Shown in pieces: positions 19,839 to 29,179 of a stretch of DNA of 46,301 bases. The number at the start of each line of letters is the position of its first letter. Position 1 is the first letter of the stretch. The translations under genes and the position numbers were made by a program. The DNA is from an uncultured bacterium (lineage in GTDB: Bacteria > Hydrogenedentota > Hydrogenedentia > Hydrogenedentales > JAEUWI01): NCBI GenBank assembly GCA_963977445.1, contig CAXBPH010000013.1, positions 1 through 46,301 on the forward strand, read 5' to 3'. Under the pieces are notes generated by a model, which did no database searches, was not told the DNA's origin, and saw nothing but the letters and a program-made list of their open reading frames with translations.

Positions 19839-20654
19839 ATGTCCCATAGCCGAAAGCAGCGCCTCCAGACCCTGACGGTGCCGCTGAACGCCCTTTATGC
19901 CCGCTTTAACCAGCGTCAGTTCGTCTACCCGGACCCCCTGGCACCGCTCTATGACTTCAGCGATCCAGGTGACCAGGAGGTGGTGGGCCTTATCACGGCG
20001 ACCCTGGCTTTCGGCAACGTGAAACAGATATTAAAGAGCATCGATGTCGTGCTTCAGAATTTTCCCGATCCCGCGCGCAGTCTCAAAGACATGCCCAACC
20101 GCATCATCTTGAAGCGCCTCACTGGCTTTCGACATCGCTACGTCGCCGAACAAGAGATGGCGTCACTACTCGCAGGCATTCGCGAAGCCCTACGGGAACA
20201 CGACGCGATCGGCCACTGTTTCGGGGCATTGGATGACTCGCATACGCCAACCATTGTCCCGACGCTGACCCGATTCGTGCATTTTCTTCAACATCACGGT
20301 ACGGTGGAGAAAAATTACCTGTTGCCCGATCCTGACCGGGGTAGCGCATGCAAACGGTGGTTTATGTACCTCCGCTGGATGGTTCGGCAGGACGATGTGG
20401 ATCTGGGGCATTGGGCTCACTTGGGGGCCCATCGACTGGTCATCCCCGTGGATACCCACATGCAACGGGTGGCCCGGGGGATGTATCTGAGCCGCCGAAA
20501 GGCCGCGGATCTGAAAACGGCCCTCGAAATCACCGAGGCCTTCCGCGTCATCTGCCCAGAGGATCCGGTCCGTTATGATTTTTGCCTGACCCGCCTCGGA
20601 ATTCGCGACGATGGCGATATGGACGGATTCCTGAAGTCTCTCAAAACCCGTTGA
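19839..20654 (+). CDS. TIGR02757/DUF2400 family protein (HhH-GPD-like)
   Basis: DP...D.EV.GL...LAFGNVKQI, SACKR..MYLRWMVR, IPVDTH and DPVRYDF motifs. Confidence 0.9.
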   Translation: MSHSRKQRLQTLTVPLNALYARFNQRQFVYPDPLAPLYDFSDPGDQEVVGLITATLAFGNVKQILKSIDVVLQNFPDPARSLKDMPNRIILKRLTGFRHRYVAEQEMASLLAGIREALREHDAIGHCFGALDDSHTPTIVPTLTRFVHFLQHHGTVEKNYLLPDPDRGSACKRWFMYLRWMVRQDDVDLGHWAHLGAHRLVIPVDTHMQRVARGMYLSRRKAADLKTALEITEAFRVICPEDPVRYDFCLTRLGIRDDGDMDGFLKSLKTR

Positions 20655-20761
20655 GCGGCGGGGACTTCCACGCCGCCTGTCGTTCTAATTTTGGATTCCC
20701 CCCGTCCTATTGACTATACTTTCCATTCCCAATCTGACGCATCTGCGCCCAAGCCCAAGCG

Positions 20762-21117
20762 GTCATCCCCATGAAAACGGGGCGGCCGATTTACGCTACG
20801 TGGGGCCCGAAAATAAAAAATAGGCCGAAGGCCGTCATCTCCGCGAAGGCGGAGATCCAGTAACGCGAACACAGAAACCGAGCATACCTACTGGATTCTC
20901 CCGTGCGCGGGAATGACGAATTACTCCAAATGGAGCCCGAAAATTTTAAAAAGGCCGAAGGCCGTCATCCTCGCGAACGGGGCTGTTGATTTACTCAACG
21001 CCTCCTACCGCACGGAATGAAAGCACGTTGCCGTCATCTCCGCGAACGCGGAGATCCAGTAACGCGAACACAGAAACCGTGCATACCTACTGGATTCTCC
21101 CGTGCGCGGGAATGACG
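20762..21117. repeat. Composite dRS3/RPE-like palindromic repeat cluster (two 88-bp near-identical units)
   Basis: 20831-20918 and 21030-21117 differ at 2 positions. Each reads GTCATCTCCGCGAA(G/C)GCGGAGATCCAG-spacer-CTGGATTCTCCCGTGCGCGGGAATGAC. Degenerate GTCATCC..GGGG..GATTTAC half-units lie at ~20762 and ~20964. Confidence 0.9.
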
Positions 21118-21218
21118 CTATAGATTCACACGATATAAATCAGACCAGCACGATGCCTTCAAACCGTCAGCGCCGGTGATTTAACAATTTTTAGAGTATT
21201 CTACCGCCAGAGGTACCC

Positions 21219-21860
21219 ATGGAATCCCCAGAAATTCCCCATTCCCAAGACACGACTGAACCGGAAGCGGGCAACACCGCCCCGGCCCATCGCGGTCGAC
21301 CGGAAAATACGATATTCTCGATCCTCCTCATGGCTCTGCTGTCGGCCGGTGCCCTCTATGGCGTGGCGTGGACGATCCAGGCGAAGGAAACCATAGTAAA
21401 CACTTGGGATTTCCGCAATGAGTCCCTGGAAACGTCACCCTGGCATTTCCCGGGGGATGAACACACCCAGAATGAGAAGGGTACGACGTTTGTACTCGAG
21501 GGAACCGGACCCGGACCAGAAATCATACTGCCTATGGACTCGGATTCGTTGAATCAGATCCGCGTTACCCTGGACGTCACCCGAACACTGGACAATAGTC
21601 CCGTTAAGTTCTTCCTTGACTGGTATTGGGCCACCACCGATGATATCGCCGCGGCGAATGGCATATGGCCCTACAACAGCCAACGTGGCATAGAATTTCT
21701 CGTTCTGGATCGGGACTTACCAAACACCTACACGGCGCAGGTTGGGCGACATTCCCAATGGAATGGCACCATTGCCCAGGGGGTCGTCACTATGCGCATT
21801 CTCCAAGACGAAATTGGTCCCTACAACGTTTGCATTGAGCGCATAGAATTTCTGGAGTAA
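21219..21860 (+). CDS. Membrane-anchored hypothetical protein with a CBM-like beta-sandwich
   Basis: One N-terminal TM helix, then an aromatic-rich beta domain (WDF, WYW, HSQWNGTI); 6 bp upstream of the next gene. Confidence 0.7.
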   Translation: MESPEIPHSQDTTEPEAGNTAPAHRGRPENTIFSILLMALLSAGALYGVAWTIQAKETIVNTWDFRNESLETSPWHFPGDEHTQNEKGTTFVLEGTGPGPEIILPMDSDSLNQIRVTLDVTRTLDNSPVKFFLDWYWATTDDIAAANGIWPYNSQRGIEFLVLDRDLPNTYTAQVGRHSQWNGTIAQGVVTMRILQDEIGPYNVCIERIEFLE

Positions 21861-21866
21861 CAGACG

Positions 21867-24623
21867 ATGACCACGGTAAAACATGACAAAAAGTGGGCAC
21901 GCGTCCTCTCGGCAATACTATTGTTGGCCTTGATTGGCTATGGTGGCTATTTGCGTTACCACGATCTCGGCTTCAGTCTCTATGACAATGAAATCGTGAC
22001 CCGATCCATTGCCTTGGACACGGTGGAACACACCGTGAAAAACCAGGGCTTCCCCCTCTACTATCTGGCCGCAAAACTGAGCCTGGTGATCGGCGATTCA
22101 GAACGGACGCTCCGCCTGCCCAGTTTCCTGGCCGGCTTGTTGAGCATCCTCGCCCTTTATGGTCTCGTTCGCCAACTTCATTCGCGCACGGCGGGCCTGG
22201 TCGCGGCGGCCCTGTTGGCCTTTAACCCCTTCCACATCACCCACAGCACCTTTGCCCTCTACTACGCGCTCCTCATGCTGTTTACCATTCTTACCCTCTG
22301 GTCACTGCTCCTGGTGCTGGAGCGGGGGCGCTGGCACCAGTGGCTGGCCTACACCCTGTCCGCCTTCCTCGGCATGGTGACCCAGGTATGTTTTGCACCC
22401 GCCTTGCTCATGCTGAACGTGGGCGCAGCAATCTATCTCCTCTGCGCCAGGAAGAACCGTTCCCTGAAGCATCGCCTGGCCCTGATTGTTCTTCTGTTCA
22501 TTTGCACGGGCATATCTCTGGGCTTCAGCGTCTTCAAATTTCAACACGAGACCAACTTCTTTCAGCTGGCCTCCTTCGCGGCCCAACCCCTCTCCCCCGT
22601 CGAAAGTAATGGCGCTGAAGCTACCGCATCGACGATACGCCCGAGTGTCATCGCAGCCCACCAGCAACGCCCCCTGGGTGGCGGCGCCGCCTTTGCCGGC
22701 ACCGACGGTGGTGAAACCCGCTTTGTCCTCACCTACTATGATTGCCTCGAATATCTGAAGTGGTTTTTCTGGAGCGATACGCCCTTGGTATGGACCGTGC
22801 TCCTCCTCGTGGGCATCTGGGGAGCCGTCGATCTGCTCTACCGCATACCTGCTGCCGGTCTACCCATATTTTTCGGCCTCTTCCTGGCCCCCGTACCGTT
22901 CTTCTTTCTCAGCTCCAGCCACTGGTACCATCCCCGCTATTTCGCCTATGGACTCATCTTCTCCCTGATTCTCGTTTCCATCGGTGTCTGTGTGCTTCCC
23001 CGCTTTCTTTCGCGGGTCCTGGGTGCGCCACGAAGTCTGCGCCTGTGGAGACGGGTGCCGGAAGCACATCCCCGTCGCACCCTGACCGCCGCCAACGTAC
23101 TCTATCTGCTTTTTGTGGTGGCCATGGCCATACCGGCCGTTCCCTATATCAATGCTGCGTATCAGACCTACCCGGTCGCCGGCTACCTGCCCAAGGGCCC
23201 GCTGGAGATTAACCACACCCCCGAACGGGATTGGCGCAACCTCTATCGGTATATGGCGCGCACCGCAAAAAAAGAGGACCAGATCCTCTTCATGAGTCCG
23301 AATACGGAGCATGGCCCGGCCTATGCCCAGTATTATCTCTCCCACTTCCTCCCCTGGTCGGAAGAAGGAAAAAATGTGGACTTCCAATTTGGCATTCCTA
23401 CAGAAGAGCGGCTCAAAAACTTCGCTGCGGAACGACCGGAAGCAAATTTCTGGTGTGTGGGCTATATCAAATACCGCTATGGCCAACAACGGCCTATATT
23501 GATGGAAGCAGGTGCCCAGCAAGAGAATTTCTGGGAGCGCAACCACAACAATGGCCTGGCCCTGTTTTATATCGGTGCGCCGACCACCACCCACGTTGCC
23601 AACGGAAGTTTCGAAGAAAAAGTAACGATGGATCTTCCCGATGGCGCCGAAGTGGACCCCAAAACAGCAACCCACGGCAAGTCTTCCCTGCGGCTCTCTG
23701 TGCCCCCATCGGATACCGCCACAACAGGCCACTACGTAAGCTTCCCCACCGCGCCGGCAGGATATCGCCTGCGCAACAATGGCTTCGAAGCCTGGTCGGC
23801 GGGCCTCCCCGTCGGGTGGAACCTCCGCACCGCCGATCCCGCCCTCGTCTCCATGGTACGGCCGGGTTTTGAAGGAGGCACCAGTCTGGTCCTCGCGCCA
23901 TCAGAAGAAGACACGGTGGTGCAACAGAGCCTTTCCATCGGCCTGGCACCAGGGCGCACCATCGAACTACAGATGATGGGCAAAAGCGAAACACCCAACA
24001 ACCTCCACCTCGTCGTGCGCTATCAGGGCCCCGGCTACCAGCGGGAAGAGCATGTTGTCCATCCCGGAAACGGACGATGGGTCCAGCTACATACCACCAT
24101 CGATCTTCCTGCGGATGTGGATGCCGACAGTATCAGTCTCGAAGTCTGGCGCATGGCCGGCGGCACGGGTGATGTAGTTGTCGACAATCTGGAACTTCGT
24201 GTCCAGGATCTTGGCGGTCGCCTGGAACCCCAGGAACCCTATGTGCTCTCCCTTACCCTGCGCACCCAGGATCTCCTCGACAACGAAGGTTCCGGCCGCA
24301 ACAATGTCGGGCACGTACGCCTCCGCTGGGAAGACAGCGAAGGGGTATCGGGCACAACAAATCTCATTGAGATCAACGATAATCAGGCGTGGCGTCATCA
24401 TAGCGTCGTCGTTACGCCCGGCATGGATTTCCCCCTCGACACAGAATCACTCTTTGTGGAAATCGGGATAGAAAACGGTACCGGAACAATCTGGATGGAT
24501 GAAGTGCAGCTCGAACGGGGCACCGCACCCACCTCGTTTACCGATTCCCATCGCTTGCCCCATGATGAGGCCCTCGCGGGCGCTGAGCTCGCTCCCCTGG
24601 AATTCGACGTCTCCTGGGACTGA
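21867..24623 (+). CDS. GT-C (family 39/83-like) glycosyltransferase fused to C-terminal carbohydrate-binding-like domains
   Basis: YLRYHDLG.SLYDNE, PLYY, LRLPS.LAG, AALLAFNPFHI and HPRYF in a multi-TM region; C-terminal NGSFE and NNGFE jelly-roll modules and WMDEVQLE. Confidence 0.8.
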   Translation: MTTVKHDKKWARVLSAILLLALIGYGGYLRYHDLGFSLYDNEIVTRSIALDTVEHTVKNQGFPLYYLAAKLSLVIGDSERTLRLPSFLAGLLSILALYGLVRQLHSRTAGLVAAALLAFNPFHITHSTFALYYALLMLFTILTLWSLLLVLERGRWHQWLAYTLSAFLGMVTQVCFAPALLMLNVGAAIYLLCARKNRSLKHRLALIVLLFICTGISLGFSVFKFQHETNFFQLASFAAQPLSPVESNGAEATASTIRPSVIAAHQQRPLGGGAAFAGTDGGETRFVLTYYDCLEYLKWFFWSDTPLVWTVLLLVGIWGAVDLLYRIPAAGLPIFFGLFLAPVPFFFLSSSHWYHPRYFAYGLIFSLILVSIGVCVLPRFLSRVLGAPRSLRLWRRVPEAHPRRTLTAANVLYLLFVVAMAIPAVPYINAAYQTYPVAGYLPKGPLEINHTPERDWRNLYRYMARTAKKEDQILFMSPNTEHGPAYAQYYLSHFLPWSEEGKNVDFQFGIPTEERLKNFAAERPEANFWCVGYIKYRYGQQRPILMEAGAQQENFWERNHNNGLALFYIGAPTTTHVANGSFEEKVTMDLPDGAEVDPKTATHGKSSLRLSVPPSDTATTGHYVSFPTAPAGYRLRNNGFEAWSAGLPVGWNLRTADPALVSMVRPGFEGGTSLVLAPSEEDTVVQQSLSIGLAPGRTIELQMMGKSETPNNLHLVVRYQGPGYQREEHVVHPGNGRWVQLHTTIDLPADVDADSISLEVWRMAGGTGDVVVDNLELRVQDLGGRLEPQEPYVLSLTLRTQDLLDNEGSGRNNVGHVRLRWEDSEGVSGTTNLIEINDNQAWRHHSVVVTPGMDFPLDTESLFVEIGIENGTGTIWMDEVQLERGTAPTSFTDSHRLPHDEALAGAELAPLEFDVSWD

Positions 24624-24717
24624 TAGCGGCCCCACCGCCCCAGAGCATCGGTAGCGGCGGTCTCTAAACACGACGCCGTGCCTGTTGTGAACGTTCCCAC
24701 CACCTGGAGAACCTGAG

Positions 24718-26523
24718 ATGTATCTGCGCCTGGAATCGGCTCTGCTGGGTTACCTGCACCGCCCCCAATCGGTGCCCAGGGTCTGTGCGCTCGCCGCGCT
24801 CATCATGGTACCCACCCTGTTCGCTGGGTTCTTTCTCGATGACTACATACACCTGCTTACTCTGCGCGGGGAAGGCACGGTGGCACAGCCCTACGATATT
24901 TTTGAATTTGCCCCGGGCGACGCCGACGTTCTCTTCCCAATGATGAATTCGGGCCCCTACCCCTGGTACACCCTGCCCGATCTCAAACTGCACTTTTTTC
25001 GACCTCTCTCTTCCGCAACCATGGTGCTGGATCATGCACTTTTTGGCGAAGGGGCCTTTTTCTACCACGTCCATAGCCTGGTCTGGTACGTCCTGCTTGT
25101 TGGAGCGGTTTTTCTGCTATTTCGACGTACCATGGCCCCGGCCATGGCCGGTCTGTGTTGTATCATCTATCTGGTGGACGACGGGCATATCCTGCCGGCA
25201 CTATGGTGGTCCAACCGCAACGCCATTGTCGCCGCCGCCCCCGCACTACTGGGGCTGCTCGCCCATATGCGCGCCCGAGAGGATCATTGGGTCCCCGGGC
25301 GTCCACTGGCCTTGTTGGGCTTCGGCCTGGGACTCCTCGGCGGCGAGACGGCGCTGGGGATCTTTGGTTACCTCATCGCCTATGAGTTGGTTGGTCGCCA
25401 GGACGCCCTGTGGTTGCGAATTCGCGCCCTGGTGCCCGCAGGACTTTTGGCGTTGGGCTACCTCGCGGTGTATAAGACGGCCAACTATGGCGTATTCGGC
25501 TCTGGCGTCTACCTGGACCCTCTTGCGGAAGGGGGGGCCTTTCTTCGGGCCTTACCCATCCGACTGGCAGATCTTATCGGCATCCAATTCTTCGCCCTGC
25601 CCTCGGAGCTCACCGTGGTCTCCAATGCCGTGCGGGTGCCCCTGCTCCTCGCCGCACTCGTCTGCACCGGCGTCGTTGTACTCGGCTTCGCGTTGCTCTG
25701 GCGTCGCTGTGACCCGGATGAACGTCGCCTCCTCCTCTGGATGGGCCTCGGCTCCTTTATCGCAACCTTACCGGTACTGGCCACCTTCCCTTCGGGCCGA
25801 CTGTTGTTGCTGCCCTCCATCGGCGGGGCAGTCTGGATTGGCTTCATTATCGCCAAAGGGTTGGACGTGGCACGAGACCCTGCATCCTCCGTGTTGCGCC
25901 TGTTGGGACGGGTCTTTCTTTTTCTCCATATCCTCCTTCCCCCCGTCATCTGGCTCGCCCTCAGTATGGTCATTCCAACCATTATTTTCTTTTCAAAAGA
26001 TGCCTTTCACGAGATGGATCTCCCGAAGGAGTCCCTCCCGGAGCAACAGGCCATCTGTCTTTTTGCCCCTGATCCCTACACCGGGTTTTATCCACTCATG
26101 ATGCGCCAATACCTGGGCTATCCCGTGTTGAAGGGTTGGCAAACCCTGTCTATCGCGCCCTTTGACCACGAAGTTACCCGTACGGGCCCCAATGATTTTG
26201 AGGTGCGCATTTTGAAGGGTGAATTGCTCTCCACCCCCTTTGAGCGGCTCCTCCGGAGCGAGAACTATCCGTTTGAACCGGGTGACATGGTAAATTTGGA
26301 CGGTTTCTCCATCGAGGTACTTGAAGTGGGAACGTGGGGACCCCATCGCTTCCACCTTCATTTTGACCACCCCCTGGAGTATGAGGGCTATCGTTTCCTC
26401 GCATGGCAGGAGGGTCGTCTTTCCCGATTGACCTGGCCTCCCCTAGGCGAAACGAAAATATTTCGGGCGTCCGGGGGCTATTTTTCCTGGCCCAATTTCA
26501 AAAAGCGCCTGCCCCTGTTATAA
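24718..26523 (+). CDS. Polytopic membrane protein, GT-C fold-like
   Basis: GFFLDDY acidic motif after TM1; FFRPLS, YHVHSL, WWSNR, GGETA and GRLL motifs; many TM helices and a C-terminal soluble domain. Confidence 0.7.
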   Translation: MYLRLESALLGYLHRPQSVPRVCALAALIMVPTLFAGFFLDDYIHLLTLRGEGTVAQPYDIFEFAPGDADVLFPMMNSGPYPWYTLPDLKLHFFRPLSSATMVLDHALFGEGAFFYHVHSLVWYVLLVGAVFLLFRRTMAPAMAGLCCIIYLVDDGHILPALWWSNRNAIVAAAPALLGLLAHMRAREDHWVPGRPLALLGFGLGLLGGETALGIFGYLIAYELVGRQDALWLRIRALVPAGLLALGYLAVYKTANYGVFGSGVYLDPLAEGGAFLRALPIRLADLIGIQFFALPSELTVVSNAVRVPLLLAALVCTGVVVLGFALLWRRCDPDERRLLLWMGLGSFIATLPVLATFPSGRLLLLPSIGGAVWIGFIIAKGLDVARDPASSVLRLLGRVFLFLHILLPPVIWLALSMVIPTIIFFSKDAFHEMDLPKESLPEQQAICLFAPDPYTGFYPLMMRQYLGYPVLKGWQTLSIAPFDHEVTRTGPNDFEVRILKGELLSTPFERLLRSENYPFEPGDMVNLDGFSIEVLEVGTWGPHRFHLHFDHPLEYEGYRFLAWQEGRLSRLTWPPLGETKIFRASGGYFSWPNFKKRLPLL

Positions 26524-26602
26524 GATCACCCCCTGCTGCTGCGTTTTGGCCCGCACCCCGGGTGCGAAAGCCAGCCACCGGTACAACCCTGAGGAATATT
26601 TC

Positions 26603-26803
26603 ATGATCATCTTAGTTAATGGGGAGAATCGCGATGTCGAGTCGGGCACCTCTATTCAAGGCTTACTCGACAGCCTGGACCTCGATGGTAGTGTGCTTGT
26701 CGTACAGAAAAATGACGATATTATAGAGCAGGCGGACTATGGGCAGGTGCAACTGGACGAAAATGACCAGATCGAGCTTGTACAGTTCGTTGGTGGTGGA
26801 TGA
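26603..26803 (+). CDS. thiS: Sulfur carrier protein ThiS
   Basis: 66 aa, MIILVNGE...IELVQFVGGG with a C-terminal GG; GAGG RBS. Confidence 0.93.
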   Translation: MIILVNGENRDVESGTSIQGLLDSLDLDGSVLVVQKNDDIIEQADYGQVQLDENDQIELVQFVGGG

Positions 26804-27453
26804 TGGATCTGGCCGACCGACAGGCACGTTTTCTTCAGGCCGACCTCTATGTAGTCATCACCGAAGCCTTTTGCGACGGGCGTTCCGGCCTCGATGTATT
26901 GGACGGATGCCTTCGGGCAGGGGTGCGGCTCATACAGTTTCGTGAAAAGAATCTTCCCGCGAAAGCATTGGTAGAGAAAGGGATGGTCTTCGCCGATCGT
27001 TGTCGCGAAGCCGGTGCCCTCCTTATCGTCAATGACCGCGTCGATATTGCCTTGGCTATCGGGGCAGACGGCGTCCATCTGGGTCAGGATGACCTCCCCA
27101 TCGCGTCGGCCCGCCAGATTGCACCCGATCTGCTCGTGGGGGCGAGCTCCCACAATCTGGAAGAGGCCCTCGCCGCTCAGTCGGCCGGCGCGACGTACGT
27201 GAATATTGGCCCTATCTTCGCCACACAGACCAAAGACGTCCCGACGGGCGTGGTGGGTCCCGAAATGATTGACACCATTCGCCCCCACCTTACCATTCCC
27301 TTCACGTGTATGGGCGGATTGAAGGCCCACAATCTTAATGTGGTCGTGGAGCGGGGCACCCGTCGGGTTGCCGTCGTCACTGCCGTTACGGCCGCACCCG
27401 ACGTAAAAGAGGCGGCCCGCACCCTGCGTCAAGCCATTCACGCAGCGGGGTAG
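26800..27453 (+). CDS. thiE: Thiamine-phosphate synthase
   Basis: LYVVIT, QFREK, IVNDRVD, GVHLGQDD, GASSH and GPIFATQTK motifs. Confidence 0.95.
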   Translation: MMDLADRQARFLQADLYVVITEAFCDGRSGLDVLDGCLRAGVRLIQFREKNLPAKALVEKGMVFADRCREAGALLIVNDRVDIALAIGADGVHLGQDDLPIASARQIAPDLLVGASSHNLEEALAAQSAGATYVNIGPIFATQTKDVPTGVVGPEMIDTIRPHLTIPFTCMGGLKAHNLNVVVERGTRRVAVVTAVTAAPDVKEAARTLRQAIHAAG

Positions 27454-27502
27454 TCAGGACGCGTGCGGTGCCATTACCACCGCGAGTCGGCTCAAATTTA
27501 AA

Positions 27503-27546
27503 CCAAAAAAACTCGGGCGCTCCCGTATTCTGGAGCGCCCGAGTTC
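27503..27546 (-). terminator. Intrinsic terminator between convergent thiE and gspF
   Basis: AACTCGGGCGCTCC-N8-GGAGCGCCCGAGTT stem with an A-run on the left. Confidence 0.8.
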
Positions 27547-27574
27547 TATTAAATGTGTTTTACCTTCAGCGGGC

Positions 27575-29092
27575 CTACGACCCGGCCGAAGAGAGCTGTT
27601 CGATCATGGAGACCAGCGGGTAGAAGAGGGCAATGAAGAGCACCATAATCCCGATACCCACGACAACCGTGAATATAGGCTGAAGGGCTTCACCAAGACC
27701 GCGGGTCATGATTTCTACTTCTTTTTCGTAGATATCGGCAACCTGGTCAGAAACTTCGTCCACTTTACCGGATTCTTCACCGGTTACGAGCATGTCGGTC
27801 ACCACGTGAGGAATAGCCGGGGCTGCTTTACGGAGGGGCGCTTCCATGCCGCCACCACGTTCAATAGAATCGCGGACCCCTTGCAGTGCTTCCGCCACGC
27901 GGCGGTTATTCACGGCGGAGCGAGTCAACTCCAGCGTCTGCATCATGGGAACGCCTGAGCGAATCAGCAGGGCCAGCGTCCGGGTCATTTCAACGATGGC
28001 ACCGCCCTTAATGATGGGGCCAATAATTGGAATACGAAGCTTGATGGTGTCCACCCAACGTCGGACCATGGGATTGCGGGCAATAAAGAACTTATAGACC
28101 ACCAGCAGGCCAGCGAAGATGACAAAGGGCCACCACCAGATTACGGCAAATACATCGGACGCGGAAAACAGGAATTGGGTCAGCGGCGGAATTTCGAGAT
28201 CCGCCTTTTCAAACATACCCCGGAATTCCGGAATCACATAGTTGGTAATCAGCAACATCACCAAGGTGCAGACAACAACGAGAATCACCGGATACACCAT
28301 GGCACTGCGGACCCGTTTCCGCATGAGTTCCCGTTCACTGCGGTAGGCAACGACCCGTTCCAATACGGTAATCAAGGTACCACTCGCTTCACTCGCTTTA
28401 ATGAGATTGACGAATACCCGGTCAAAGTATCGGCTGTGGCGATCAAAGGCCTGCCAAAGGGGATTACCGGCTTCCACATACTGGGTGATATCGGCTATCA
28501 GGGCCCGTGTCTTCGCGTTTTCACTACGCTTCGACAAGGTCTGGAGGGCGCGCAGAATGGGCGTACCCGCTTTCAGGAGCATGATGAGCTGACGAAGGAA
28601 ATCGGTTACATTCCGGGAGCGAACGCTACCCAGAAAGGATGCGGCGGCTGCGGGCCCCGAATAGTCGCCGGCAGCTTTGGCTTTTGCATCGCGACCAATC
28701 GTGGTTTTTGACTTGGCGGCAACGGCTTTGACCAGGCCGGGTTTTCCAGCACCAGACGTTCCAATTGAAAGCGTGGGCATCCCTGCGGGCTTGACGGGTG
28801 CACCAAGATCTGCCTTCTCCGCAGCCTCTTTCTTTTCTGGCTCGGCGAGGACCTCTGCCAGCCCTTTGACGTCGACGCGTTTCAAGCCGGTTCTGCGGGC
28901 AACGGGCTTTTTCGCGACCGCTTTCTTCGCCACAGGCTTCTTCGCAGTCGCTTTTTTGGCAGCGGGTTTCTTTACCGTTGCCTTCTTGGGCGCAGGCTTA
29001 ATTTCGGGCGCTTCCGCCTCGGTCGCAGGTGTTTCCGGCGTGCCTTCGGCGGCATCGTCGCTGACTTCAGGATTCTCGGCTTCGTTAGCCAT
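27575..29092 (-). CDS. Type II secretion/type IV pilus platform protein GspF/PilC with a long Lys/Ala-rich N-terminal extension
   Basis: FLRQL..LL.AG.P, EASGTL, SAMVYP, GEESG and LQPI T2SSF repeats; N-terminal KKPAAKK repeats. Confidence 0.92.
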   Translation of the reverse strand: MANEAENPEVSDDAAEGTPETPATEAEAPEIKPAPKKATVKKPAAKKATAKKPVAKKAVAKKPVARRTGLKRVDVKGLAEVLAEPEKKEAAEKADLGAPVKPAGMPTLSIGTSGAGKPGLVKAVAAKSKTTIGRDAKAKAAGDYSGPAAAASFLGSVRSRNVTDFLRQLIMLLKAGTPILRALQTLSKRSENAKTRALIADITQYVEAGNPLWQAFDRHSRYFDRVFVNLIKASEASGTLITVLERVVAYRSERELMRKRVRSAMVYPVILVVVCTLVMLLITNYVIPEFRGMFEKADLEIPPLTQFLFSASDVFAVIWWWPFVIFAGLLVVYKFFIARNPMVRRWVDTIKLRIPIIGPIIKGGAIVEMTRTLALLIRSGVPMMQTLELTRSAVNNRRVAEALQGVRDSIERGGGMEAPLRKAAPAIPHVVTDMLVTGEESGKVDEVSDQVADIYEKEVEIMTRGLGEALQPIFTVVVGIGIMVLFIALFYPLVSMIEQLSSAGS

Positions 29093-29179
29093 CAGAAGGC
29101 ATCCTCCCTAGAGTTATTATTCGATGGCCCACAAACAGGGGCCGACTTGGTTGTCCAACAGGCCACGAAGTGGGGCACA

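Noticed and set aside
20762..21117. CRISPR array
   Set aside because: Only two full units, their spacers are nearly identical rather than unique, and no cas genes are present; it fits a palindromic REP/MITE-like repeat better.
26524..26602. TPP riboswitch upstream of thiS
   Set aside because: The gap is only 79 bp and lacks the CTGAGA and ACCTG aptamer motifs.
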